Shown piece after piece: positions 30,736 to 40,020 of a DNA stretch of 64,000 nucleotides; position 1 is the stretch's first letter, and each line of letters opens with the position of its first letter. The position numbers and the translations under genes are program-made. The DNA comes from Candidatus Bathyarchaeota archaeon (GTDB lineage Archaea > Thermoproteota > Bathyarchaeia > Bathyarchaeales > Bathycorpusculaceae): the NCBI GenBank assembly GCA_963826715.1, contig CAWGYA010000007.1, positions 96,001 through 160,000 of the forward strand, in the 5' to 3' direction. The notes beneath the pieces were generated by a model. That model did not search any database. It was not told where the DNA came from and saw only the letters and a list, made by a program, of their open reading frames with translations.

Positions 30736-33700
30736 GATTTACTTTGGATCGCAAGGCATACACGTAATCTGCCAGAAGCGCCTTCTCACGGCCAAGCTCC
30801 AAAGTAATCTCCAACTCGCCTGTGTCTTTTTTTACGCTGTATTCGACACTTATAATGCGGAAATTCCCACTAACGTTCTCAACTGGCAAAGAAACTGGAA
30901 TCAGATCTCCAGCAAACAAAGGCGTAGCACCAAAATCGATAACGGTGCTAGTTAATCGAATATACTCGGCGATGTCCTGCATCTTTTCCAAAACAGCTTT
31001 GGCCCTTAACTCGCAGTCAGCATCACTCCAAAGCTCCTCATCAGTATCCACAAACTCCCGAACACCAAAAGCCGCTTGACTAGCCACATCCTGCTGAACG
31101 CTACTATAGCGGGCACCGCCAAAATAGAGCTGCCCCATCCAAATATTACCCGGCGTCGCCGGCGCAACAAGCCAACCGTTAATCCGAACAGCAATAACCT
31201 GCGTCCAATCAAAGTTAGCAACAGCATTCCACTGCGCAGAATACTCAGCGCCGACACTGAGCTCAAAAGCCGACCACTCATTCTCGTTAACTCCAGGGAC
31301 TGTTTGAATTGCGCCTCGTCCTAAAGTATCATAGAGCAGCACATCAAAACCATCACCTTTGATGTTAGCATCACGCATCAACGCCACAACCACCTTGGGA
31401 TATGTGTTGAGGTTAACTGCAGCGCCAAACGTGAACAAGCTGGATCCTGCATAGTTTGCGCCGGTAGCATTTTTTATGCTACTATTAGCTGTTCCAAACT
31501 TGACCGCTGCGTCGAGAGATAACGTTCCAATGTAGGCACTCCAGTTCCCGCTGGCAGGAGTTAGGCTCTCAACAGTTTGATCTTTGTCTAGAGGAGTGCT
31601 TTTGTCTGCAGCACCATAGATGGTGATTTTGTTGCGGATTGCAAAAATATCCTGCTGATAATCATAGTCTTCGATGCGGTCAACTATGCTAACTGGGCTT
31701 ACCTTTGAACCTGTAGCGAAAAACTCGAGTTTGCCATCAGGAGCAACTCGAAAATCATAGCCGATGACGCCGTTTTTATCGCTTTCAGCTGCAACTTTCT
31801 GTATTAGTTCCCAAACATCGATGTCCTTGACTTTTAGATCCGCAAAAGTCGTATCAGTGTCTTCAACTAGCTCAATACTGCCGCGGACATGACTTATGCC
31901 AGAGTAGTAGTCCAGTAGATTTTTGACTATGGCTTCGCCTTTGAATCCTGAGTAGTCCTTGGTTACTTTTTGGCGAAAGAGTTTCTCGCCCCAGCACCTA
32001 CCCGAGACAACAACATCATTTTCGGTAGGTGTTGAATGGAATTTCAGCTTCTCGGTGCGAGTTGTGATGAGTTGAGGCACATTAGGGGTTCTGCCTATGC
32101 AAATATAGCCGTCATGCCCAACATGCAGAGGATAGGCACCGTTTGCACTGTATTTGCCAGTCGAATTATCCAGCCTCAAACTCCAACTGCTAACTTCTTT
32201 GGTAGCGCCCAAATGAACGGAGGCTTCTATGATGTCGGATTGGGGAACGCCGATGGTGCCAAGTGCAACAGCCATCTTCGATCCGGTGACGTCAGGATTC
32301 ATGGAGGGACTAAAAACTGGAGTGACAGTAGTTGCAGTGGTTAAATTGAAAACGTAGGGATTGCCATAAATCAAAACGCCATTAACGACCCAGTTCTTGA
32401 AAGTGTAACCATTTGCTGTGTCTGGGTAAGCAGTCAAAGTTATCTCTGCATTGTAGTCATAGTAGGATTCGCCCGCTGCAGGAGTCGTCGTACCCCCCAC
32501 CCCGCTATACATAGTTAATTTGAATTGTTGGCTACTGAAAACAGGTGTCACTGACGTATTCGCATTTAGATTAAACGAATACGGGTTAGCCGTGATATGC
32601 ACGCTATTGATCAACCATTCAACGAAGTGGTAGCCGTTTTGTGTGTCTGGGTAAGCTGTGAGCGTAACTTGCTGACCAGCAGCCCAACTCGACACACCTG
32701 CAGCAGGAGTCGTTGTTCCCCCCGTCACACCGTACATAGTTAGATCATAAGTGGTGCCTGAACCGTTTTTTGTAGGCCAACTATTCCAAGTCGTCCAATC
32801 AGCGGACGCCACAACTTCATACTTCCAAAGACAGCAGCCAGAAAAGTTAGAATACGGTCCATGAGCGGCTAACTGCTCATCAATAGCAGCCAACTGAGCA
32901 GAAAACAACGTAAAAACCGGAGTAAACTTGCCTTGACACCACGTCCCATTAGCAGTCTTAGTCCCATAGTAATCACTGCAGGCAAACCAGGCGCTGATTC
33001 TTTGCTCATAGCTGTAATTTGGGTATGTGTTAAAGCTCCAAAGATAGGCACCTTGATAACCGTCAGCTCGCAAAACGTTGATGAGGTTGTTTTGCCAGGT
33101 TTGCTGCCAACTACCAAATACCTCAGTCCAATTGCTCCCAGACATAACGCCGTTGAACTCAGGGATAACTACGCACTTATTGGCAGCAATCATCTCATTA
33201 GCCCTAGTCTCAGCTAACGCAGCGCGAATCGCAGTCTCAGTATTTGTTCCCGTAGCGAATCCGTAGGCGTCATAGCCAAACATGACGTTGCTTCGCTGCA
33301 GTCCGATATCAAGCTCAAAAGCAAAGCTGCCAACCCATCGACCGCCGGTGCCAATGTCAGTGAGCATCGCATCAACCATAACAATTCTATCAGCGTCAAT
33401 TGCTCGTATGGCATCTATGGCAGCGCGGCAATGAGTCACCCAATCCGCAGCAGAGACGTTCATGGGCTCTCCGCACAACTGGAAAATAACGTTACCATAA
33501 GCTGAGAGCTGAGTCGCAAATATTGCCCACCAATTTACCCAGTCCGCCCAACTATAGACGTCCCCGTCAAAGTAGTCGTTGACATAGTGAGCAAAGCAGT
33601 CACTTCTACTGCTCCAGTGCACGCCAGCATCGATGAGAACAACCAAATTTTGGGCTGCAGCCTGAGTAATGAGATACTTTACGTTTGTCCACCAGGTCGC

Positions 33701-34552
33701 ATTAGTCAGCCAGCCGGCTTCAATATCACCAAACGCAACGGCAACTCGAATAGACGTCGCACCCATAGCTTTCGCATATGCAACCTGCTCAGCAATACGA
33801 GTCCCATTAATTACCCAGCGGTTGGCTTCAATAACATAGCCATCCATTTTGATGATGTCGCCATGGATGTTTTTGAGGTAACGCCCAGAAACATAGAGGC
33901 CCTCGATAGACTCTTGCTTTTTAACCATCAGCCCTAGGGAGATTTTGCAGGCGCAGTTTGTGAGCACATAATTCATGTAAGTTTTAATTGTAGCTGCAGG
34001 CAACGACTCGCTCGCATAAAGCATCGGGTGAACAACATCAATATCAGCGCTGCTCAAGTTAGGATACAAATTTTGATAGTCATACCCAGAGCGAATCTGA
34101 CCCATGCAACTAAACATTTTACCCTGAACATGTGCCTGATTGCCAATAGCATTCCACAGAACAGCCAAATTCGACGTTGACCCACTATACGTCTCGATGT
34201 CGTCACAAAAGCCATCCAAACCGATAACATTGACATAGCCAACAGCCAAACTAACTAGAGTCGAGCGATTTGTGGAACTGTCAATGTTGAGATCAACCGC
34301 TGGAGCGCCCAAACTTGATTTAGAATAAACCCAAGCAAAAATCTTAATCGTCGGATCTACTGCCTTGGCAGCTACGACCCAAGCCTGCACAACCCCATCA
34401 CTAAACTCCTTAGTTATCCCCGTGGGGACACCGGCCGAGCTTGTCGCCCAATTACCAATTTTCAAGTTTAGGTGGGTTATATTTCCGGCATTTGCCTTTG
34501 CAACAACAGTTGCAGGCGTATCATTTGGGGTACACCATAGCGCATTTATCAA
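30707..34552 (-). CDS. Large tail-tip/baseplate-hub protein with GH18-like and GH5-like domains and two InlB-B/Flg_new-like repeats
   Basis: GLDGFCDDIE; NVIFQLCGEP and VIPEF; two GGTTTPAAG...LTAYPD repeats; C-terminal hub motifs (IRNKITIYG, SQAAFGVRE, ITLELG). Confidence 0.75.
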   Translation of the reverse strand: MINALWCTPNDTPATVVAKANAGNITHLNLKIGNWATSSAGVPTGITKEFSDGVVQAWVVAAKAVDPTIKIFAWVYSKSSLGAPAVDLNIDSSTNRSTLVSLAVGYVNVIGLDGFCDDIETYSGSTSNLAVLWNAIGNQAHVQGKMFSCMGQIRSGYDYQNLYPNLSSADIDVVHPMLYASESLPAATIKTYMNYVLTNCACKISLGLMVKKQESIEGLYVSGRYLKNIHGDIIKMDGYVIEANRWVINGTRIAEQVAYAKAMGATSIRVAVAFGDIEAGWLTNATWWTNVKYLITQAAAQNLVVLIDAGVHWSSRSDCFAHYVNDYFDGDVYSWADWVNWWAIFATQLSAYGNVIFQLCGEPMNVSAADWVTHCRAAIDAIRAIDADRIVMVDAMLTDIGTGGRWVGSFAFELDIGLQRSNVMFGYDAYGFATGTNTETAIRAALAETRANEMIAANKCVVIPEFNGVMSGSNWTEVFGSWQQTWQNNLINVLRADGYQGAYLWSFNTYPNYSYEQRISAWFACSDYYGTKTANGTWCQGKFTPVFTLFSAQLAAIDEQLAAHGPYSNFSGCCLWKYEVVASADWTTWNSWPTKNGSGTTYDLTMYGVTGGTTTPAAGVSSWAAGQQVTLTAYPDTQNGYHFVEWLINSVHITANPYSFNLNANTSVTPVFSSQQFKLTMYSGVGGTTTPAAGESYYDYNAEITLTAYPDTANGYTFKNWVVNGVLIYGNPYVFNLTTATTVTPVFSPSMNPDVTGSKMAVALGTIGVPQSDIIEASVHLGATKEVSSWSLRLDNSTGKYSANGAYPLHVGHDGYICIGRTPNVPQLITTRTEKLKFHSTPTENDVVVSGRCWGEKLFRQKVTKDYSGFKGEAIVKNLLDYYSGISHVRGSIELVEDTDTTFADLKVKDIDVWELIQKVAAESDKNGVIGYDFRVAPDGKLEFFATGSKVSPVSIVDRIEDYDYQQDIFAIRNKITIYGAADKSTPLDKDQTVESLTPASGNWSAYIGTLSLDAAVKFGTANSSIKNATGANYAGSSLFTFGAAVNLNTYPKVVVALMRDANIKGDGFDVLLYDTLGRGAIQTVPGVNENEWSAFELSVGAEYSAQWNAVANFDWTQVIAVRINGWLVAPATPGNIWMGQLYFGGARYSSVQQDVASQAAFGVREFVDTDEELWSDADCELRAKAVLEKMQDIAEYIRLTSTVIDFGATPLFAGDLIPVSLPVENVSGNFRIISVEYSVKKDTGELEITLELGREKALLADYVYALRSKVNHVNRYKVAR

Positions 34553-34588
34553 CTACTCTTTTCCTCCATTTTTTTAGTTACTATCATT

Positions 34589-35170
34589 TTATTCGATTCC
34601 TCTGCGGTAAAATGAGGCCTCAGATGAACCACTCCCAGAGCGGGAAACAACTGCGGCTTCACCTGATCTTTGAATACTACGAGTGTGAGTAGGCGTTTCA
34701 GAGGTGGCGCTATTGAAGTTCTGCACACTATCAGTTGCGTTGTTCATGCTAGTAGCAAAGTATGCCATGGCTGCTGCAGCCGCCACAATAACCGCAATCC
34801 CCACACCCGTTAATGCCAGGAATGTTCCGTAGCTAATGTTTAGGGCATTTTGTGCTGCAGTGGCCACCCAGCAAGCCGCAGAATACACCTTCTGAGCAAC
34901 AGCTAAACCGGTGCTCGTTCGTAGGAACATACCCATAACTGAGACAACCATCATCGAGGAGTTGAAAACCTTCATCTCAGAATCATTCAAAATACCAAAT
35001 TGGTTAGCAACATAGCCGATAGCGGTTCCAGCAGCACCTAAACCAGCTAGTGCAGTTCCTAAGCTCCTAACTCGTGTTGCTAGGGCTTCAGCGTCTGTTT
35101 GTATCCTGGCGAATTCATTACTAGCTCTATTTATCGCTCGAATGGTTAGGGCGATTTCTCGAAAACTCAA
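34589..35170 (-). CDS. Very short tape measure protein
   Basis: IALTIRAINRAS N-terminus; Ala/Gly-rich amphipathic; AAQNALN...LTGVGIAVIVAA. Confidence 0.7.
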   Translation of the reverse strand: MSFREIALTIRAINRASNEFARIQTDAEALATRVRSLGTALAGLGAAGTAIGYVANQFGILNDSEMKVFNSSMMVVSVMGMFLRTSTGLAVAQKVYSAACWVATAAQNALNISYGTFLALTGVGIAVIVAAAAAMAYFATSMNNATDSVQNFNSATSETPTHTRSIQRSGEAAVVSRSGSGSSEASFYRRGIE

Positions 35171-35535
35171 AGCCCCGCCTCCACCCTGGCCTGCTCAATG
35201 GCTGCGATGACTACGGATTCGAGTTGAGGCAGATACTCTTGGATGGCAGGATAAAGGTAAGGATGCGCCTGCATGTACTTGGTGCCTAGTTCTACGAACA
35301 GAGCATATACGGCCTCTGCCCCAACATTAACTACCCATTCCTGGATCTTTGCGTATATGGTGCTTCGCAGATAGCCGCTACGGACAGGGACAATTCGTTG
35401 CGCCTCTGCTTTAACATCGGCAGCCCAGCTAGCCAAGAAACTGTGGACCTCACGCTGCATGCCTAAATCAAACCTTTGCATAGCTGCCTTGAACTCTTCT
35501 ACGCCCTCGATATCGCAGGCTATTTCTATCGCCGT
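35167..35535 (-). CDS. HK97-gp10-like tail completion protein (frame open upstream to ACG at 35535)
   Basis: VPVRSGYLRSTI...YALFVELGT...PYLYPA. Confidence 0.8.
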   Translation of the reverse strand, partial: TAIEIACDIEGVEEFKAAMQRFDLGMQREVHSFLASWAADVKAEAQRIVPVRSGYLRSTIYAKIQEWVVNVGAEAVYALFVELGTKYMQAHPYLYPAIQEYLPQLESVVIAAIEQARVEAGL

Positions 35536-35729
35536 TTTGCTTCACGCTCCGCCTTCTCTTTTTCTTCCCTTGCCATTTCATCCATCTCCTTTAGGATAAC
35601 GCAGAACTCCTGCACGGTTCTTGCTGGCTGTTTGGCAAGCTGATTTGGGGTCCAGCCGAATTCTTTACATAACCGAAACTCACCAAGAGCAAAGTGAGGC
35701 TTGGCTCGTCTAACTGCTCTAATAAAAAA
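35526..35729 (-). CDS. gpT-like -1 frameshift extension of the tail assembly chaperone
   Basis: -1 frame reads IRAVRRAKPHFALGEFRLCKEFGWTPNQLAKQP...EAKRR*. Confidence 0.8.
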   Translation of the reverse strand, partial: FFIRAVRRAKPHFALGEFRLCKEFGWTPNQLAKQPARTVQEFCVILKEMDEMAREEKEKAEREAKRR

Positions 35730-36055
35730 CGCAGATCCTCACGACCAACGCTGGTGAGTTTGTTAGCTACTTTAGAGAAAAGCTCTCCAATCTCGATGGG
35801 GATCCCGTTTTCTTCGCTTAAAAGCTTCTCAAGTGTTACGGGCTGGCTTTTTGGCTGCCCATGCAGGCTGGCCATTATGGTTTCTGCTTGAATTGCAACA
35901 AAATCGCTGCTCTCAACATCGCCGGATAGCTTGTTGTATTTGGTGTGTCTTTGGATAATGCGGTTGCGCTTAGCCCATGAAATTTCACCAAACATGTATG
36001 TGCCCAGGTATTCTTCGCCGAAGCGAGCATCAATTTCAAGTTTTTCAGTTTTCAT
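35591..36055 (-). CDS. Tail assembly chaperone (gpG-like)
   Basis: Follows the major tail gene; T-TTT-TTA slippery site at 35729..35723. Confidence 0.78.
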   Translation of the reverse strand: MKTEKLEIDARFGEEYLGTYMFGEISWAKRNRIIQRHTKYNKLSGDVESSDFVAIQAETIMASLHGQPKSQPVTLEKLLSEENGIPIEIGELFSKVANKLTSVGREDLRFLLEQLDEPSLTLLLVSFGYVKNSAGPQISLPNSQQEPCRSSALS

Positions 36056-36070
36056 TTTTTGGTCTCCTTG

Positions 36071-36934
36071 CTATGAAATTGCGAGTGGTCCTTTGGCTGT
36101 GAAAAGAGCTTTGGCATAGATCAAATCCTCAGCCTTGCCGCTCAAAGAAAAATCATCCCACTTTGCATAAGCCACATTTACCTTATTGGCTCCACCAAGG
36201 CCAAACTCCAAACTCGACAACTCAGTGTCAGCTAAGACATCGTCAGCTTCCTGCTTGCTCTCAAACTCAAAATTAAGCTCGCCTCCGAGTAGCCGCTTGC
36301 CCCAAGGTAGATACTTTGCCAAATGCCCATTAGTCGACCGTATTACGGGGACCGCTTTGCAGGAGTTGTCGATTGAAAGTTTCCAAGAAGTAATTCGCTC
36401 GCATGTTACGCCGCCGATTTTGACGTAGCTTTCGCTTCCACAGACGGCGCCTTCATAGTCGGTGTAGGTTGCGTCAGCGATTTTGGCTGTGGTTACCTCG
36501 ATGTCTTGGGCTGGAAATTCCGCATCGCATTCTAAGAGGCCGTCTATGTCGCAGGTTAAGGTAGCCTTGTTGAAGCGGGCACCCTTGTAGATTAGGCTGA
36601 TGATGTTTGTTGCTGTGGCGAAAATGTCTTTGTAGTAGAGCACCTGGAGTGTGAGGCTGTTGTTTAGTTCCTGCTTGACATATTGCAACAAATTAATGGG
36701 AGCCTCCGACGGAATGGGATATTTGATGCGCAGGGTTGGCTGTCTTAAACCTCGCTTGAGCACTATGACGTCGGCTGATCCTGTTCCTGGGATTTTGATG
36801 TTGTTGGGGTTTATGTCTGGACTTAAGTTGCTACAGGAGTGACCCAACATCGCTGGAGCAGCTGGAACAACACCAAAGGAGCCCTCCGTCACGTAGTAGA
36901 ATTTCTCTTGGTCACTATGGTATGTATCGACCAC
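36071..36934 (-). CDS. Major tail (tube) protein
   Basis: YYVTEGSFGVVP N-terminus; beta-rich; position. Confidence 0.75.
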   Translation of the reverse strand: MVDTYHSDQEKFYYVTEGSFGVVPAAPAMLGHSCSNLSPDINPNNIKIPGTGSADVIVLKRGLRQPTLRIKYPIPSEAPINLLQYVKQELNNSLTLQVLYYKDIFATATNIISLIYKGARFNKATLTCDIDGLLECDAEFPAQDIEVTTAKIADATYTDYEGAVCGSESYVKIGGVTCERITSWKLSIDNSCKAVPVIRSTNGHLAKYLPWGKRLLGGELNFEFESKQEADDVLADTELSSLEFGLGGANKVNVAYAKWDDFSLSGKAEDLIYAKALFTAKGPLAIS

Positions 36935-36950
36935 TCTTTGTCACCTATTA

Positions 36951-37967
36951 CTATGAGATGGCTATGGACTCAAAGAGCCAGGCCACAAGTTGAATTTCCT
37001 CTTTAAACAGGAACGGTTTGACATCGACGACATCGACGTCTTTGTAACTGTGAATATCGCAAAACGTTATGCCCCTCACATCGACTGTAGCTTGGATGAA
37101 ATCGCAGTTTAAAACGGCAGGAGAAAGCCCATCTGATGGGTTGGTTGTCTTTGCCATTATGTAGAGAAAGCCGTCGTTGTTGACGTAGTTTGCAAGGTTT
37201 GAGGTTAGGGTGATGGTTAGGGTTTCATCTGTTGCTCCAGTACCGGTTTGGGGATTGCTCCAAGAGTCTGCAACGTTATCCCAGACTTGTAGAGTTACCC
37301 CGTTTCCAGCCGGAGTAGTTCCGTAGCCTTCAAAGGACAGTATAATTTGCTTTAGGCATTGTTTGCGAGGCTCATTTCGGGTCTCTCCGGGCTTGGATGC
37401 GATTTTGAAGCGGAAAAGCATGAAAGCATAGTCGTTGAGCCCAGTTGCACTTTTAGAGTGCCTGTCATTGTCGCTTGCCCAAAGCTTAGGATAATCTGCG
37501 TTATCTATCTCACTCCAGGAAGCGCTTGAAGGTTCAGGCTCCCCTTCGGCAGCTGTGTCGTATGCTTTTTGGGTTATAGAACTGTCGTATAGAGGATAGT
37601 AATAGAAGCCAGTTCTATTTGGCAGGTTACGATTCTCAGGTACAATCAAAAGCAACTGCTCAAGGACCTTATCACGCATAACTCTGCCCACGTCTGAACC
37701 TGCATTTTGCTTATCCACAGTCGTTATGGTTGCTCGAAGAGAGTATATACGACGCCTCAGCTTACCATCTAAGGTGTGTTTTTGCTGTTGGCATGGGTCA
37801 GCGGTCTTGGAAACGGTGATTTGGGCGTCATAGTCTTTGAGCAGTTCGCGATCATAGTTGGCTTGAGAGCACAAAACGCGGGCTAAGCCACTGTCATCTT
37901 TGACAACTCTAAGGCGCGACTCAATCAAACGCAAAACAGTAACGACGGGATTTTCAAGCTCACTCAA
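36951..37967 (-). CDS. Tail terminator-like protein with inserted beta-sandwich domain
   Basis: Position before the tube gene; N- and C-terminal terminator-like segments flank a ~190-aa insert. Confidence 0.5.
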   Translation of the reverse strand: MSELENPVVTVLRLIESRLRVVKDDSGLARVLCSQANYDRELLKDYDAQITVSKTADPCQQQKHTLDGKLRRRIYSLRATITTVDKQNAGSDVGRVMRDKVLEQLLLIVPENRNLPNRTGFYYYPLYDSSITQKAYDTAAEGEPEPSSASWSEIDNADYPKLWASDNDRHSKSATGLNDYAFMLFRFKIASKPGETRNEPRKQCLKQIILSFEGYGTTPAGNGVTLQVWDNVADSWSNPQTGTGATDETLTITLTSNLANYVNNDGFLYIMAKTTNPSDGLSPAVLNCDFIQATVDVRGITFCDIHSYKDVDVVDVKPFLFKEEIQLVAWLFESIAIS

Positions 37968-39355
37968 GTGGCAAGTAACCTCCTAGCTGCACTTTTGAAG
38001 TAAATTCGTTGGTTGACAAAGGTGAATGGTGTCACGGTTTGGATTTCATAGTCTTGGCCTTGCCGCCTGATCTTATCATGCACTCCAAGGGGCAGAAACG
38101 TGTAGATTGATAGGTAGTCGTTTAGATAATAGCCTGCTTCTACCATAACCTGCTCAGTCTTAACTGCAGAAACAACAGCCAATAGCTCCAGCGCCTCACC
38201 GTAAGTCACCGTTGCAGCCGCTTCCCGAACAGGATAAAGCGTGATGGTTTCACCGTGTCTCTTTAAAATCTTGGTAAACGGGCTTGAGGGCTCTTCGTAA
38301 TGAAGAAATAGTTGTCCCAGCCAGCAAACCGTTGCCATAGCCCACTTATTCTCCACATAGCTGTAGTCTGCGTGTTTGGCTCCCCAAAACATGAACTCAG
38401 CAGAATGCTTGTCGATGATTTCTACGCTGAATTTAAGGCTGGGTGGGTCGTGGTTTTTGCGTACTCTCCAAAGAATCCCGCTGGTGACCGCGTCGTAGTA
38501 GTCGGAGGCGGAGAATCGGCTAATGACATCTATGTAGCCAGCCCAACAGATCGCGGGGTTATAGGCGGGGTATTGGGCGCTTGCTCTTATGCTGTTTAGG
38601 TAGTTGTAGACTCTTTGGCAGCTATTGCTCCAGCCTTCAACCTCGTACAAGCCTATCAGGGCGTAGGCGAATGGGTCATCATAAACCTCGTTTTCAGTTA
38701 GGCCGACTCTGTGCCATTTGCTATCTGTTGGGTCGTAGTGCAACCATAGGTTCTCAAAGCCATCTCTTAGAAAACCAATTGCCTTGCCCATAATTCCCTG
38801 GTAAATTGAAGCGTTCTGGGCGTCATATTCCTCGGCTAACATCTTCAAACCAATTAGCCCATAGAGGCATTCAATGTCGAGTTGCAGAAGCCAAGCATCC
38901 CCGATTGTGACGGCTCTAGCGAAGCCGCCGTAGGCTTGCTGGTCCTGCATGGTTTTAAGAAAAGTTCCGCTGGATAGCTTGGCACTATCCAAATAATCTG
39001 TGTTGCCGCTAAGTTCGTAAGCTCTTAGAAGGGATGGAATAACTCTACAAGCGTCCACACTGTAGTAGTATGTGCTGATCTCTGCGCTTTGAAATCCCCC
39101 AAAAGCTTTCTTATCTGGATCAAGGCACTGTTGAGTAAGGATCCAATCGGCTAAGCTTATGATTTTGTCTTTGATGTCTTCTTTTCTTTCTTCGAATTGT
39201 TTGGCAGAATATGCTTCAAAGAGAAAGTCGATTGCAAAGCTAGCTGCCAAAACACCCTTACCGAATGAGGGGTCCGGTGTATCGGGTGGAATAACATAGA
39301 CATAGGGCGCGTAGTCCATGACGAATTGGTAGTAAGCTTCTGGAACGGTTCCCAT
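37964..39355 (-). CDS. (alpha/alpha)6-barrel glycosidase-like domain fused to a C-terminal head-closure-like domain
   Basis: LADWILTQQ, LLRAYELSGNTDYLDSA helical repeats; C-terminal ILKRHGETITL...DKIRRQGQDYEI. Confidence 0.6.
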   Translation of the reverse strand: MGTVPEAYYQFVMDYAPYVYVIPPDTPDPSFGKGVLAASFAIDFLFEAYSAKQFEERKEDIKDKIISLADWILTQQCLDPDKKAFGGFQSAEISTYYYSVDACRVIPSLLRAYELSGNTDYLDSAKLSSGTFLKTMQDQQAYGGFARAVTIGDAWLLQLDIECLYGLIGLKMLAEEYDAQNASIYQGIMGKAIGFLRDGFENLWLHYDPTDSKWHRVGLTENEVYDDPFAYALIGLYEVEGWSNSCQRVYNYLNSIRASAQYPAYNPAICWAGYIDVISRFSASDYYDAVTSGILWRVRKNHDPPSLKFSVEIIDKHSAEFMFWGAKHADYSYVENKWAMATVCWLGQLFLHYEEPSSPFTKILKRHGETITLYPVREAAATVTYGEALELLAVVSAVKTEQVMVEAGYYLNDYLSIYTFLPLGVHDKIRRQGQDYEIQTVTPFTFVNQRIYFKSAARRLLAT

Positions 39356-39357
39356 GG

Positions 39358-39741
39358 CTACACGCTCCCCACGTAAGGCTCTTTGAGGCCTGATAGAATC
39401 CGCTCAAATTCTAATTGCAGAACTGCTAAGCTGGGTAGAGCTGAGTTTGAACTTGTTAGGTCGCCGACGCTGAAGTTTAAGCCGATGACGGAGCCGCCAG
39501 TTAAGTAACAGAGCGCATAAATGGCTGCTAAAAGAGTGATGGCTTCTTTTTGAGTATCCGAACAACTCAAATAATCAATGCTCTCCGAGAGCTCCAGCGC
39601 CAAAGTCACTGCAGAACGCTTAATCATCTTTAGGACTTGTACATCGGGAATATCAGAAGCATCTACATGTAAGATATCGCGGACATCTTCAAGGGAGACA
39701 GAAGCCAAGCTATGCATACCTCCCACAGAGCAGTAAACCAA
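39358..39741 (-). CDS. Head-tail adaptor (gp6/gp15-like)
   Basis: VSLEDVRDIL...IPD...; FSVGDLTS; position. Confidence 0.6.
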   Translation of the reverse strand: MVYCSVGGMHSLASVSLEDVRDILHVDASDIPDVQVLKMIKRSAVTLALELSESIDYLSCSDTQKEAITLLAAIYALCYLTGGSVIGLNFSVGDLTSSNSALPSLAVLQLEFERILSGLKEPYVGSV

Positions 39742-39828
39742 ACGCTTTTGATACGTTCGTCAATTTCTTTTGCCTCTTGTTGGTTTCTTGCACAGCCCCT
39801 CAAGGGAGCCATGTCAAGCCAAAAATGG

Positions 39829-40020
39829 TCAAGTTGGGGTTGGTTTCACGAATTTGAACCAGAAAGCATTGAGCGTCACGCTGATAAAGCCCAAAATACC
39901 GCAGGCTGCAACTTTAAGCCCTGGATCTATAGGTTGTGTTGCCAGAAATGCTGCGCCCGCTCCACTTGCCTCCGCAATTCCCAAAATGAAACCTTCTTCA
40001 TTGTTTGATAAAATCGCCAA
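39829..40020 (-). CDS. Small 2-TM membrane protein
   Basis: 63 aa hydrophobic; directly after portal. Confidence 0.5.
   Translation of the reverse strand: MAILSNNEEGFILGIAEASGAGAAFLATQPIDPGLKVAACGILGFISVTLNAFWFKFVKPTPT

Noticed and set aside
32300-32760. DGR template/variable repeat pair in the tail gene
   Set aside because: These are in-frame protein domain repeats; differences are not adenine-specific and no reverse transcriptase is present.
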